Shown in pieces: positions 1-8,498 of a DNA stretch of 46,029 bases. Source of the DNA: Planctomycetota bacterium (GTDB taxonomy: Bacteria > Planctomycetota > Planctomycetia > JALXBF01); contig JALXBF010000135.1 of the NCBI GenBank assembly GCA_026991575.1, forward strand, positions 1 through 46,029, written 5' to 3'. The notes beneath the pieces were generated by a model that was given only the letters and a program-made list of their open reading frames with translations, made no database searches and was not told the origin of the DNA. A program made the position numbers and the translations under genes. How positions within the stretch are numbered: the first letter of the stretch is position 1; the number at the start of each line of letters is the position of its first letter.

Positions 1-549
1 TGCGGCCCAGTGGGCCTCGGGCCGGGGGGTATGGATTCTAGACTGGGGGTCTTGCGCGTTGGGCGATGAGATTCCGATCACGTAATGGGTGGCCGTCCCG
101 AGCAGTCACGTGCGGTCGGCTGTGTGTTTATTCCGAACCTGACGGGATAGCGTGGCACCGTGCCGAAACTGTTTGGGTGAGACCAGACCTGTGTGGCGTG
201 TGTATCAGGTGCGTTGCTCCTGCTCGGAGGGCGGGGCCGAGCGAAGTGATGCTCCTGCAGGAGAACGTTGGTGGGTCCGGGTTCGTCAAGGCCGGGGGAT
301 TTTGACTGGCCGGGTGGTCGCGGGGTGGGCTGGGTGTGGTGAGCTGTTCTGCGGCTTAGCCCATCCGAACGTGTAGACCGGGAGAGAGCCGATGCGTCGA
401 GACGGGCTATGGGGACAACGTGCTGGTGCCAGCAGAGGTGGTCTGTGCGTGCGCAGGTTGCTGCTCTGGTGCTAGTGAGCATCTGCCACGTGGCAGGGGA
501 TCGAGTTGTTTGCGGTTTGTAGGAACGTGGCACTCGGAGGAGATGGCAC

Positions 550-2256
550 ATGGCAACGGGCTCGGGCGCTGCTGATAAACCCATAGGAAATGCAGTGAAG
601 ACACTCGGCGACCCGCGTCTTCGACACTGGGCCGAAGTTAACAGCGTAGCGTTCAGCCCCGACGGGCGTCTGATCGCATCGGGTAGCTGGGACCACACGA
701 TCAGGCTGTGGGACGCAGCCAGCGGTGAGGAGCTACGCACGCTCACTGGGCATGGGTATGGGGTCCATAGCGTCGCGTTCCGTCCCGACGGGCGTCTGAT
801 CGCCTCGGGTGGCGGCGATGGCATGATCAAGCTGTGGGACGCGGCCAGCGGTGAGGAGCGGTGTACGCTCAGGGGGCATGAGGTCGGGGTCAACAGCGTA
901 GCGTTCAGTCCCGACGGGTGTCTGATCGCATCGGGGAGCCTCGATGGCACGATCAAGCTGTGGGACGTGGCGAGCGGTGAGGAGCTGCGCACGCTCAGAG
1001 GACATGAGGCCGTCGTCAAGAGCGTAGCGTTCAGCCCCGACGGGCATGTGATCGCATCGGGTAGCTGGGACCGCACCATCAGGCTGTGGGACGCGGTGAG
1101 CGGTAAAGAGTTGCGCACGCTCACGGGGGACAAGTTGGGTGTCAACAGCGTAGCGTTCCGTCCCGACGGGCATGTGATCGCATCAGGTGGCTGGGACCAC
1201 ACGATCAAGCTGTGGGACGTAGAGAGCGGCAAAGAACTGCGCACGCTCACGGGGCATGAGGACGGGGTCCAGAGCGTAGCGTTCCGTCCCGACGGGCATG
1301 TGATCGCATCGGGTAGCTGGGATGACACGATCAGGCTGTGGGACGTGACGAGCGGTAAAGTGCTGCGTACACTCACGGGGCATGCGTGGAAGATCACCAG
1401 CCTAGCGTTCAGTCCCGACGGGCGCCTGATCGCATCGGGGGCGTGGGACCACACGATCAGGCTCTGGAACGCGGAGAGTGGCGAGGAACTACGCACGGTC
1501 GCGGGGCATGCGAGCATGGTTAAGAGAGTAGCGCTCAGTTCCGACGGGCGTCTGATCGCATCAACGAACCTTGATGGCACGATCAGGCTCTGGGACGCGG
1601 AGAGTGGTGAGGAACTACGCACGCTCACGGGGCATAACACGGGGTATGAGTGGCAGGTCAACAGCACAGCGCGCAGTCCCGACGGGCGTCTGATCGCCTC
1701 GGGGAACGACGATGGCACGATCAAGCTGTGGGACGTAGAGAGCGGCAAAGAGCTGCGCACGCTCACTCGGCATAAGTTCGGGGTCGCCAGCGTAGCGTTC
1801 AGTCCCGACGGGCATCTGATCGCATCAGGTGGCTGGGACCACACGATCAAGCTGTGGGACGTAGAGAGCGGCAAAGAGCTGCGCACGCTCACGGGGCATG
1901 AGGAGGTGATCTGGATCGTAGCATTCCGTCCCGACGGGCGCCTGATCGCATCGGGAAGCTGGGACCACACGATCAAGTTGTGGGACGTAGAGAGCGGTAA
2001 AGAACTGCGTACACTCACGGGGCATGCGTGGAAGGTCACCAGCCTAGCGTTCAGTCCCGACGGGCGCCTGATCGCATCGGGGGGCGGCGATGGCACGGTA
2101 AGGCTCTGGGATGCCGACTCCGGGACGCCTCTGCAGACGTGGGTGCTCGCACCGGGCGGAGGTGTGATTGGAGATGTTTGCTTTTCCGACGACGGTCGCT
2201 ACCTGGCAACGGCCAACGGCAACGGCACCATTTCCATCCTGCGTGTCGAGAGGTAG
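550..2256 (+). CDS. Stand-alone WD40-repeat beta-propeller protein (568 aa; 12 regular 42-aa repeats plus a divergent terminal blade)
   Basis: Repeated GH...V.SVAFSPDGRLIASGS.D.TIKLWD units. GGAGGAG RBS before ATG 550. No signal peptide, kinase or NTPase domain visible. Confidence 0.93.
   Translation: MATGSGAADKPIGNAVKTLGDPRLRHWAEVNSVAFSPDGRLIASGSWDHTIRLWDAASGEELRTLTGHGYGVHSVAFRPDGRLIASGGGDGMIKLWDAASGEERCTLRGHEVGVNSVAFSPDGCLIASGSLDGTIKLWDVASGEELRTLRGHEAVVKSVAFSPDGHVIASGSWDRTIRLWDAVSGKELRTLTGDKLGVNSVAFRPDGHVIASGGWDHTIKLWDVESGKELRTLTGHEDGVQSVAFRPDGHVIASGSWDDTIRLWDVTSGKVLRTLTGHAWKITSLAFSPDGRLIASGAWDHTIRLWNAESGEELRTVAGHASMVKRVALSSDGRLIASTNLDGTIRLWDAESGEELRTLTGHNTGYEWQVNSTARSPDGRLIASGNDDGTIKLWDVESGKELRTLTRHKFGVASVAFSPDGHLIASGGWDHTIKLWDVESGKELRTLTGHEEVIWIVAFRPDGRLIASGSWDHTIKLWDVESGKELRTLTGHAWKVTSLAFSPDGRLIASGGGDGTVRLWDADSGTPLQTWVLAPGGGVIGDVCFSDDGRYLATANGNGTISILRVER
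628..2140 (+). repeat. Tandem 126-bp coding repeat array of WD40 gene 1
   Basis: Near-identical DNA blocks such as agcgtagcgttcagtcccgacgggcg and acgatcaagctgtgggac recur every 126 bp; one unit is 138 bp. Confidence 0.95.
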
Positions 2257-2992
2257 ATGACGGCACGGAGGTCCTCTTGTTGGTGGGGAGCCCCTGCCTG
2301 GGCGAGGAACGCCAGATGAGGCGGCCAAAGCGTCGGGCTGTCGCACGCTAGCTCACACCGCGGAGCGGTCCCGTACGGCGCGCGCTGGCCTCAGCCCGGG
2401 GCATTCCTGCCTACTGAGCTGGTGGCTGCCTGTCCCCGAGCAAGGTAACCTGCACGCCTGCCTCCTGTGCACGCCGCGCGACGCCCCCGCGTGCCGCAGC
2501 AGTCTTGTCTGAGTCGAGGCACGGGGAGCGCAGCTGCGACGGGTCTGGCTCTGCGGTCCGGATGGCTGCCAACCGGACGAACGCATCCTAACCCGGGCGC
2601 TGCTGCGCGTCGCGCCGCCAGGTCCACCAGATCGATGGGCCGCCATCCCGGCCGTGAGTTGTAGGATTCGTTCTGCACGTGCCTTCCGGCAGCGGTCCAG
2701 CGGATGGCAGGTTGTACGGGCTGGCAGGCGGGTACGGAGGTCTGAACTCCGCGATGGTGGGTAGACGGCACGGCTGACGCACTCCAAATCGTGGAAATGG
2801 AGCCCGTGCGGAGCAGTTCTAGCCCATCGTTGGGGTTCGACGGGGGGCTGCACGCGGACCGGCAACTATTCACAGAGTCCTGTCATGCCAGCGCGCAGCG
2901 CCGACACGGCCTCGTGTGGGCGGAGGAGAAGGCCTGTATTGAGTCAGTGGGATCCTGGAAGACAAACCCCGTTGGCCGCCGCAACAGGCTCG

Positions 2993-4280
2993 CTTAAGTG
3001 GACAGCGCCCCTTTGAGAACGGCTTCCACGGTGAGTAAGGGGGAGAGAGGTGACTGTGGGCCCAGGGGACTACTCCTGAGGATACAGGACTTGATCTTGT
3101 CGACACCGATGCCCATCGCCTTCAACTTGGCAATGCCGGTCTTCGTGTGTGATTGTCGTGCCTGCCTGTTGCGACGCTGACAATACTGCTGCTTCTGGAT
3201 TTCGTCCTCACATCGCCCGCGCCGGACCTTTCGTGGCAGGGTGGCAGTGTCAAGCCACACGTTCATCGCGCTTCGGACTTGCCAGACGGTGATCCGATCC
3301 TTGTGTGCACCGTCGGATTCGTCGTACCTCTGCCGAATCCGAGCACAGAACAACCAGCTCAACTGGCTGACGTAGAAGTATCGGTGCAAGCAACGCCATC
3401 TGCAGAATCTTCGGCTTGCGCAGCCATCCGTGGAAGTTCCCCCGGAATCTCCCCGACAAACACCTGCCCACGCTCTTCCAGGCCTGTCAGAAACCCACCG
3501 TCGCGACCGTACAACGCGTCGAACGTCCACGCCGACACACGAATGCCGTTGCCCAAGATGTGGTCAATTTGACCCAACGCAATCTCCGGTTTGGTCCGGA
3601 ACTGGACGTCGTTCAGAATGTACGCCTGTTTTCGGCCACCGGGAGCGCTTGCCCACTCCTTGGGGAGATACACGGTGCTATCGAGGATGACCTGAAACCC
3701 GGGAGTCAAGTAGCCAATGTGCACTGCGACGACGCAGTTGTCCACCTTGCCCAGGTTCTCGTTGTACTGCCGCCCGACACCTGCCGTGTGCCGACCGCTC
3801 TTGGATGTGCCCGATTCGTCCACACACCCAATGGCATCCGAGCGCGCATATTGCGTGGCTACGCTCTCCTGGCATCGGCCGCGCAACTTTGGGCCATCCC
3901 ACTTGATCGACTCGAGGAACCGCTGCTGCGTCCGAGGCTCCTCCCTGAACCTCGTCGCGATCACCTCGGCATTCTTGCGCTCCAGATTCGACAACTGGCC
4001 TCGAACGCACACCCCGCGTAGCCTCCGTCCCTACCATCCTCGGAAACACTCATCGAACCAACTCAGAAATCGCCCCAACTCCCTGCCGAGACCAGCAATC
4101 TGCTTCAAGGTCATTCGTGACGATCCCCCTATTTCCCGGGACTCCTCCCCAGGGAGCGCACACCGAGAGATCGCATTTTTCCCCTCGCTGATCGCACCCA
4201 ACACGCGCCGCTCACGTAACCATCAGCACTAACGCTGGCTGCGCACCGCACGCCGCCAAAACTGGCGCAGCCAAACTAAG
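2993..4280 (-). mobile_element. Decayed IS701-family insertion sequence with putative imperfect terminal inverted repeats
   Basis: Transposase motifs RKNAE, QRFLES.KWD, VDESGTSKSGRHTAGVGRQY..NLGKVDNC and WTFDALYG. Ends cttaagtggacagcgccccttt (2993) and reverse-complement cttagtttggctgcgccagttt (4280) match at 15 of 22 positions. Confidence 0.8.
2994..4114 (-). pseudogene. IS701-family DDE transposase pseudogene
   Basis: ATG at 4114 (MTLKQIAGLGREL), in-frame TAG at 4031-4033, frameshift near 3440, apparent internal deletion near 3400, and C-terminal part (LHRYFY...QRRNRQARQSH) in another frame ending at 2994. Confidence 0.85.
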
Positions 4281-4439
4281 CATCGCCACGTGACGTTCGC
4301 CACCCGCCAGAGTCCAGCTTTTCCTAACGCGACAACTGTCTCCCGCTCTGCTCGCTAACCCCGCAGACCTCGTCCCTCACTCCCACCCAGCCGAACGGAT
4401 AGACTCGTCCCGCTTCGGAAAGAGCCTCCCCTATCTGTC

Positions 4440-5690
4440 TTACCGAATGGACCTCGACTCTATAATCAGCTGCATGCGTGCTACGTCGGGGCTGTCCTCG
4501 TCTGTATTCCAGACTTCCTCCGGCGGCCTCGACACCGTCTTATCAGGCTTCACCGTCACCGAGAAGCTATGGGTCCCATCAAGATCTCGTGTATCCTCTG
4601 ACGTCCCCTCGTAGAGAAGCATATCGAACTGCAGCGTGACCTCCCCGCTCGTTGAGCACTGGCCATAGAAATACACCTCCAACCTGCACTCCCCACCCCA
4701 TGTTACCTTCGCGAACAATGTCTTAGGTATCAACTCGCCTCTTCCAACGCGGAAGCTCTTCGTTACCGAGGTCCGAATCTCCTCGTTCTCCCCGATCCAC
4801 TCGTCGTCGACCCCATGGATGGCCGCCTTGATCTTAACCTGTTGTGCCACAACCGCTGGCTGTGCTGGGCGCGGCACATCGTGCTCAATCGCTACGGAGA
4901 ATTGTTCGCGGCCGTCCGAGATCAGAAGGCGTGACATCGCCCGTGTCATCGACAGCGACCTCAGGTTGATGCGGGCAACATACCGCGAGGGAAACGTTAT
5001 TGCCTCTCGCTCGATGCGCGCAATGCGTTGTCCCTTCCTGTCCAAGACCCACAGCGACAGGGCCGGCTCGGCTCGTGCACTCATTCCCCAACCATGTAAC
5101 TCCAAAGCTGGCGGGTCTAGGGCGTACCCGCCCGCCGGATCGGCGCTGTGCCATCGCACCCGCACGGCGTACGGAAACACTGCGACCACTGTTGGAGGAA
5201 GCGCCGAGCGCAGCTTTCCAAGGTCCTCTAGAACCCGCTCGTAGGTTTCTTGACGAACCTTCCCATAGCGCTCAAGGTCCTCGAGAATCAGCGCCCGGTC
5301 ACGGCGCAGCGTCTCTAGTAGGCTGACAATGTATCCTCGGATCTTTTCCTCTAGGTAGTCTACCATAACTTTGCCTTGATTCCCTGCGTCGAGCACAGCA
5401 AGCCGGACCACCGGCTCGAGAGCACCTCGGAGTGCCATCCGAAACCGGGAGGGCGCGGTAGAGAGGTGCCGATCGAGTGTGTCGTGCAGTCGCGCTACCT
5501 CGTCGCGCCACGCCCTCGACTCCTGCACAAGCTCGGTTCTTACGTTCTCAAGTACCCGGATCGCTGCATCTAAGTGGTCTACGTGCAGCGGTATAGAGGA
5601 CTGACAGCCGCCCACCGCAGTAATGGCTATGACTACCACACATAGGACTTGGATCCCACGTGGACACCTTATTGGTTGCGGCGTCTGCAT
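4440..5690 (-). CDS. Hypothetical protein, probable lipoprotein (416 aa)
   Basis: Long ORF with a hydrophobic N-terminus ending in lipobox-like AVGG-C, a helical region, then beta-rich domains. Visibly more AT at third codon positions than the core genes. Confidence 0.75.
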   Translation of the reverse strand: MQTPQPIRCPRGIQVLCVVVIAITAVGGCQSSIPLHVDHLDAAIRVLENVRTELVQESRAWRDEVARLHDTLDRHLSTAPSRFRMALRGALEPVVRLAVLDAGNQGKVMVDYLEEKIRGYIVSLLETLRRDRALILEDLERYGKVRQETYERVLEDLGKLRSALPPTVVAVFPYAVRVRWHSADPAGGYALDPPALELHGWGMSARAEPALSLWVLDRKGQRIARIEREAITFPSRYVARINLRSLSMTRAMSRLLISDGREQFSVAIEHDVPRPAQPAVVAQQVKIKAAIHGVDDEWIGENEEIRTSVTKSFRVGRGELIPKTLFAKVTWGGECRLEVYFYGQCSTSGEVTLQFDMLLYEGTSEDTRDLDGTHSFSVTVKPDKTVSRPPEEVWNTDEDSPDVARMQLIIESRSIR

Positions 5691-6958
5691 TTCGATTTCC
5701 TCACAATTGCCGGTTATACACTGCGCTTTGGTGCAGGATGCGATACACCCGCGCCGCCAAGACCGGACCGGCGCGCCGCGAGACCCGAGATAGCAGCATA
5801 GTCAACGACAAAGGGGCGGCCGGGGCATTTCTGAGTGCCGTACTGTCGCGGCACATGCACGATCTGAACCCAAGTATGGTTGAGCGCAGTGCTCAGCCCG
5901 CGCGCCGCTCCATACAGGGGCAGACCGCTTGACGAGCGCACAGACACCTCGTTCTATCCACGGGATCCCGGTGTGCCGGTCGCTCGCCAACATGGACGCA
6001 CGGGAGCTCAGAAGCCGTGCACACTCGGCTGTCCACAGGGATCGTTGCCGACAGCGTGCCCCACGTTGGCAGCGGCCAGACCACCTCTTCAGCGGGGGGT
6101 ACGCCGCCCTGTCGTCAACTGGCACCATGTCATCCCGCCCTAGCCATTTTTCGCGCCCTGGAATGGACCGTATCCGCGTCGGCGTCCTTTTGTCGGGCCG
6201 CGGGCTCCGAGTACGATGCGGGGGAGCCGCAGCCGAACCACTGGACCACCGCAGGCAGCTGCGAAGCGTCGTCACCGCCGAGTGAAACTCCGAGCAATTG
6301 TCCGCATGTCTGATAGGGTGCACGAACGTCCAACCGCTGCAATGGGTGTCGCGAATCCACCGGCCCAACGACGCGGTTCGCTTTACCAGAGCAGCCAGCT
6401 GTGCCGCCAACCGCTCCGACCATTCGGTCCCATGCGAACTATCCGACGACGCTGCCACATTTCTCCCGAGGAGCCAAGTCGTGCCCAAACCAGCAACTTT
6501 GTAGAAGGCTAGGCCATAAAGCTGTCAGCAACCTGCAGCTGTCAGCGCTTTCCCCTGGGGTGTACCCACGAAGACGGGTAGACGTGCCAAGGGGCTTCAG
6601 CGCACGCCGTGGCAGGCTCCCGATAACAACTCGTACGGGGACGCTTCGTGCATTCATCTCAACTCGAACGATGTCGTCCCAACTCGACGAAACTGGTCTC
6701 CCTTCATGCTAATCGCGAACGTCGCGCCAGCCGCGCAACCACCGTGGGGAATTGCTCAGACGGTCCGGTTCGAAGCTCCGTTGTCCTGTCCCAAGCGGCC
6801 TCATCAGGTCGCGGAGCTACGGTGGGCGAAGCTGCTTTACGTGACGAACTGGTCGGTTCGCCGGCTATTTTGCCCGGCAGCCAAACGGAATGGGGTGCAG
6901 CCGAGACGATCGTACGTGCTGCAGCCGCGCAATCGCTGAGCATCCCCCCTGCGAGCAG

Positions 6959-7717
6959 CTAGGTACGCTCATCCTCGAGTTCCCGCAATGCCCTGCGCGC
7001 GGCCTCGCGAACCCACTCGTCCTCATCCTCCAGCCTTGCCATCAACGGCTCAACCGCCCGCCTGTCACCTATCTTCCCCAACGCCTGGCAAGCGGCTTCG
7101 CGAACCCACTTCTGCCCGTCTTCCAGCCGCGCAATCAACGGCTCCACCGCACGCTTATCCCCCAACTCCCCTAACGCCTTGCACGCCGCCTCACGAACCC
7201 ACCGCTGTTCGTCTTCCAATCGCGCAATCAACGGCTCGACCGCGCGCTTGTCGCCCAACTCCCCTAACGCCTTGCACGCAGCTTCACGCACACTCCTCTG
7301 CCCGTCCTCCAATCGCGCCATCAACGGCTCCACCGCACGCTCGTCCCCCAGTTCGCGCAACGCGTTACAGGCGGCCCCACGAACCCACTCATCCTCATCC
7401 TGCAGCCGCGCAATCAACGGCTCGACCGCACGTTTGTCGCCCAACTTCCCTAACGCCTCACACGCAGCTTCGCGAACCCACTCGTCCTCATCCTTCAGCC
7501 TTGCCATCAACGGCTCAACCGCCCGCCTGTCACCTATCTTCCCCAACGCCTTGCAGGCGGCCTCGCGAACCCACTCGTCCTCATCCTCCAGCCGCGCAAT
7601 CAGCGGTTCGACCGCACGCCTATCGCCCACCGCTCCCAGTGCCTCGCAGGCCTCAACGCGCGCCATCGATCTGGGGTCTTCGAGTTGCCGAAGTACCGCG
7701 TCGAGATTCCGGGCCAT
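6959..7717 (-). CDS. HEAT/PBS-lyase (alphaRep-like) repeat protein, 252 aa, about eight 31-aa repeats
   Basis: Repeats of D...WVREAAC.ALG.LGD.RAVEPL.ARLE. Likely start ATG 7717 (MARNLDAV) with GGGAG RBS; the ORF-track extension to 8122 is not protein-like. Confidence 0.9.
   Translation of the reverse strand: MARNLDAVLRQLEDPRSMARVEACEALGAVGDRRAVEPLIARLEDEDEWVREAACKALGKIGDRRAVEPLMARLKDEDEWVREAACEALGKLGDKRAVEPLIARLQDEDEWVRGAACNALRELGDERAVEPLMARLEDGQRSVREAACKALGELGDKRAVEPLIARLEDEQRWVREAACKALGELGDKRAVEPLIARLEDGQKWVREAACQALGKIGDRRAVEPLMARLEDEDEWVREAARRALRELEDERT
6965..7650 (-). repeat. Tandem 93-bp coding repeat array in the HEAT gene
   Basis: Blocks atcaacggctc.accgc and cgaacccactcgtcctcatcc recur at 93-bp period. 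Confidence 0.9.
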
Positions 7718-8178
7718 TGCTGGCTCCCGCGTTCCCCCCGCGCACACCACTCGCCGCGTCGCCGGCCGAAGCAACCGCAGACACAAGTCCCCATCAATCC
7801 ACCCTGCGGAAACGCCCGAACCATCCGGCGAGTCCACTTCCACCGGTTCGGCCTCGCGCCGTTGTCGTAGTCGGCCAAGAGCCGAACGGCGGCACAAGCC
7901 CAGTATACCCAAGTACGGACGTATTCGGTGGCGCCGTAGCGATAGGAGGAAGCGGTTAGGGAGTCCGCAAGCTGTTGACTGACCGGGTTTGTGCGTCGGT
8001 GCCGAGGAGACTTTCCGCGCAGAAGGGCTGTCCCAGTGGCGTCCTGAGCCGTGTTCGCGGATCCGGAACGAAAAGCACGAATTTTCGACCAAGGATGGCC
8101 TGGCGCGGGGACATGTTGGCATGCAGGCTGCCTCAGAGGCGCCCCCTTCAGAAAGCCACTCACATCAGGAGAAGCACG

Positions 8179-8345
8179 ATGGCCCGAAACACGACGCGTC
8201 GGCTGGTTGCCTGGGAGACGCTGGAGGAGGGTCCCACACCATCCGAACGATCCGCAATCTTCTGGAAGTCATCCCCGACGAGCGGTTGCTCGCATCGTTG
8301 ACAAGAGCTCGTGGTCGTGGCCGAAATGATGTGCCCGTACGGTTG
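8179..8345 (+). pseudogene. 5' remnant of a transposase (IS5/IS1182-like, DUF772-type N-terminus)
   Basis: AGGAG RBS plus ATG 8179 MARNTTRRLVAWETLEEGP, frameshifting into TIRNLLEVIPDERLLASLTRARGRGRNDVPV. Resembles the LFAW..LEDSP...IPD.KLL..L...RGRGRDDYPV start of planctomycete transposases as I recall it; truncated afterwards. Confidence 0.6.
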
Positions 8346-8498
8346 AGCCCCACCTGGCAGCCAACCAGCCTGGCGTTCCGCGCAGGTCCCATCCGGCTGT
8401 TGCGCGCGCTGGGCAGCGGGACTGGCCGCGGGCAGACGGCCGGCAGGTCCCGGGCCGCTAGCAAGCCACCAGTGCCACCTGCAACATCGCCCCGAAGC

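Larger units (their letters stand above)
1..2762 (+). repeat. Copy A of a diverged ~2.8-kb direct repeat (WD40 gene plus non-coding flanks); may extend left of the window
   Basis: Colinear motifs shared with 13304-16171. Upstream: cctgacggg.agcgtggca, ctgttctgcggc, gagagccgatgcg, gagttgtttgcggtttgt. Downstream: cctcagcccggg, cttgtctgagt.gagg, ggggagcgcagc.gcgacgggt, tgccttcc.gc.gcggt.cagc.gatggca.gttgt. Confidence 0.85.

Noticed and set aside
78..2096. 672-aa antisense ORF over WD40 gene 1
   Set aside because: Shadow of a repeat unit lacking stops in that frame; the equivalent frame in gene 2 is broken into pieces.
628..2140. CRISPR array interpretation of the periodic repeats
   Set aside because: The period is 126 bp (93 bp for HEAT), in frame and coding, with no unique spacers or cas genes.
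6988..7982. 323-aa and 267-aa plus-strand ORFs over the HEAT gene
   Set aside because: Antisense shadows of the repeat with Pro/Arg/Ser-biased composition.
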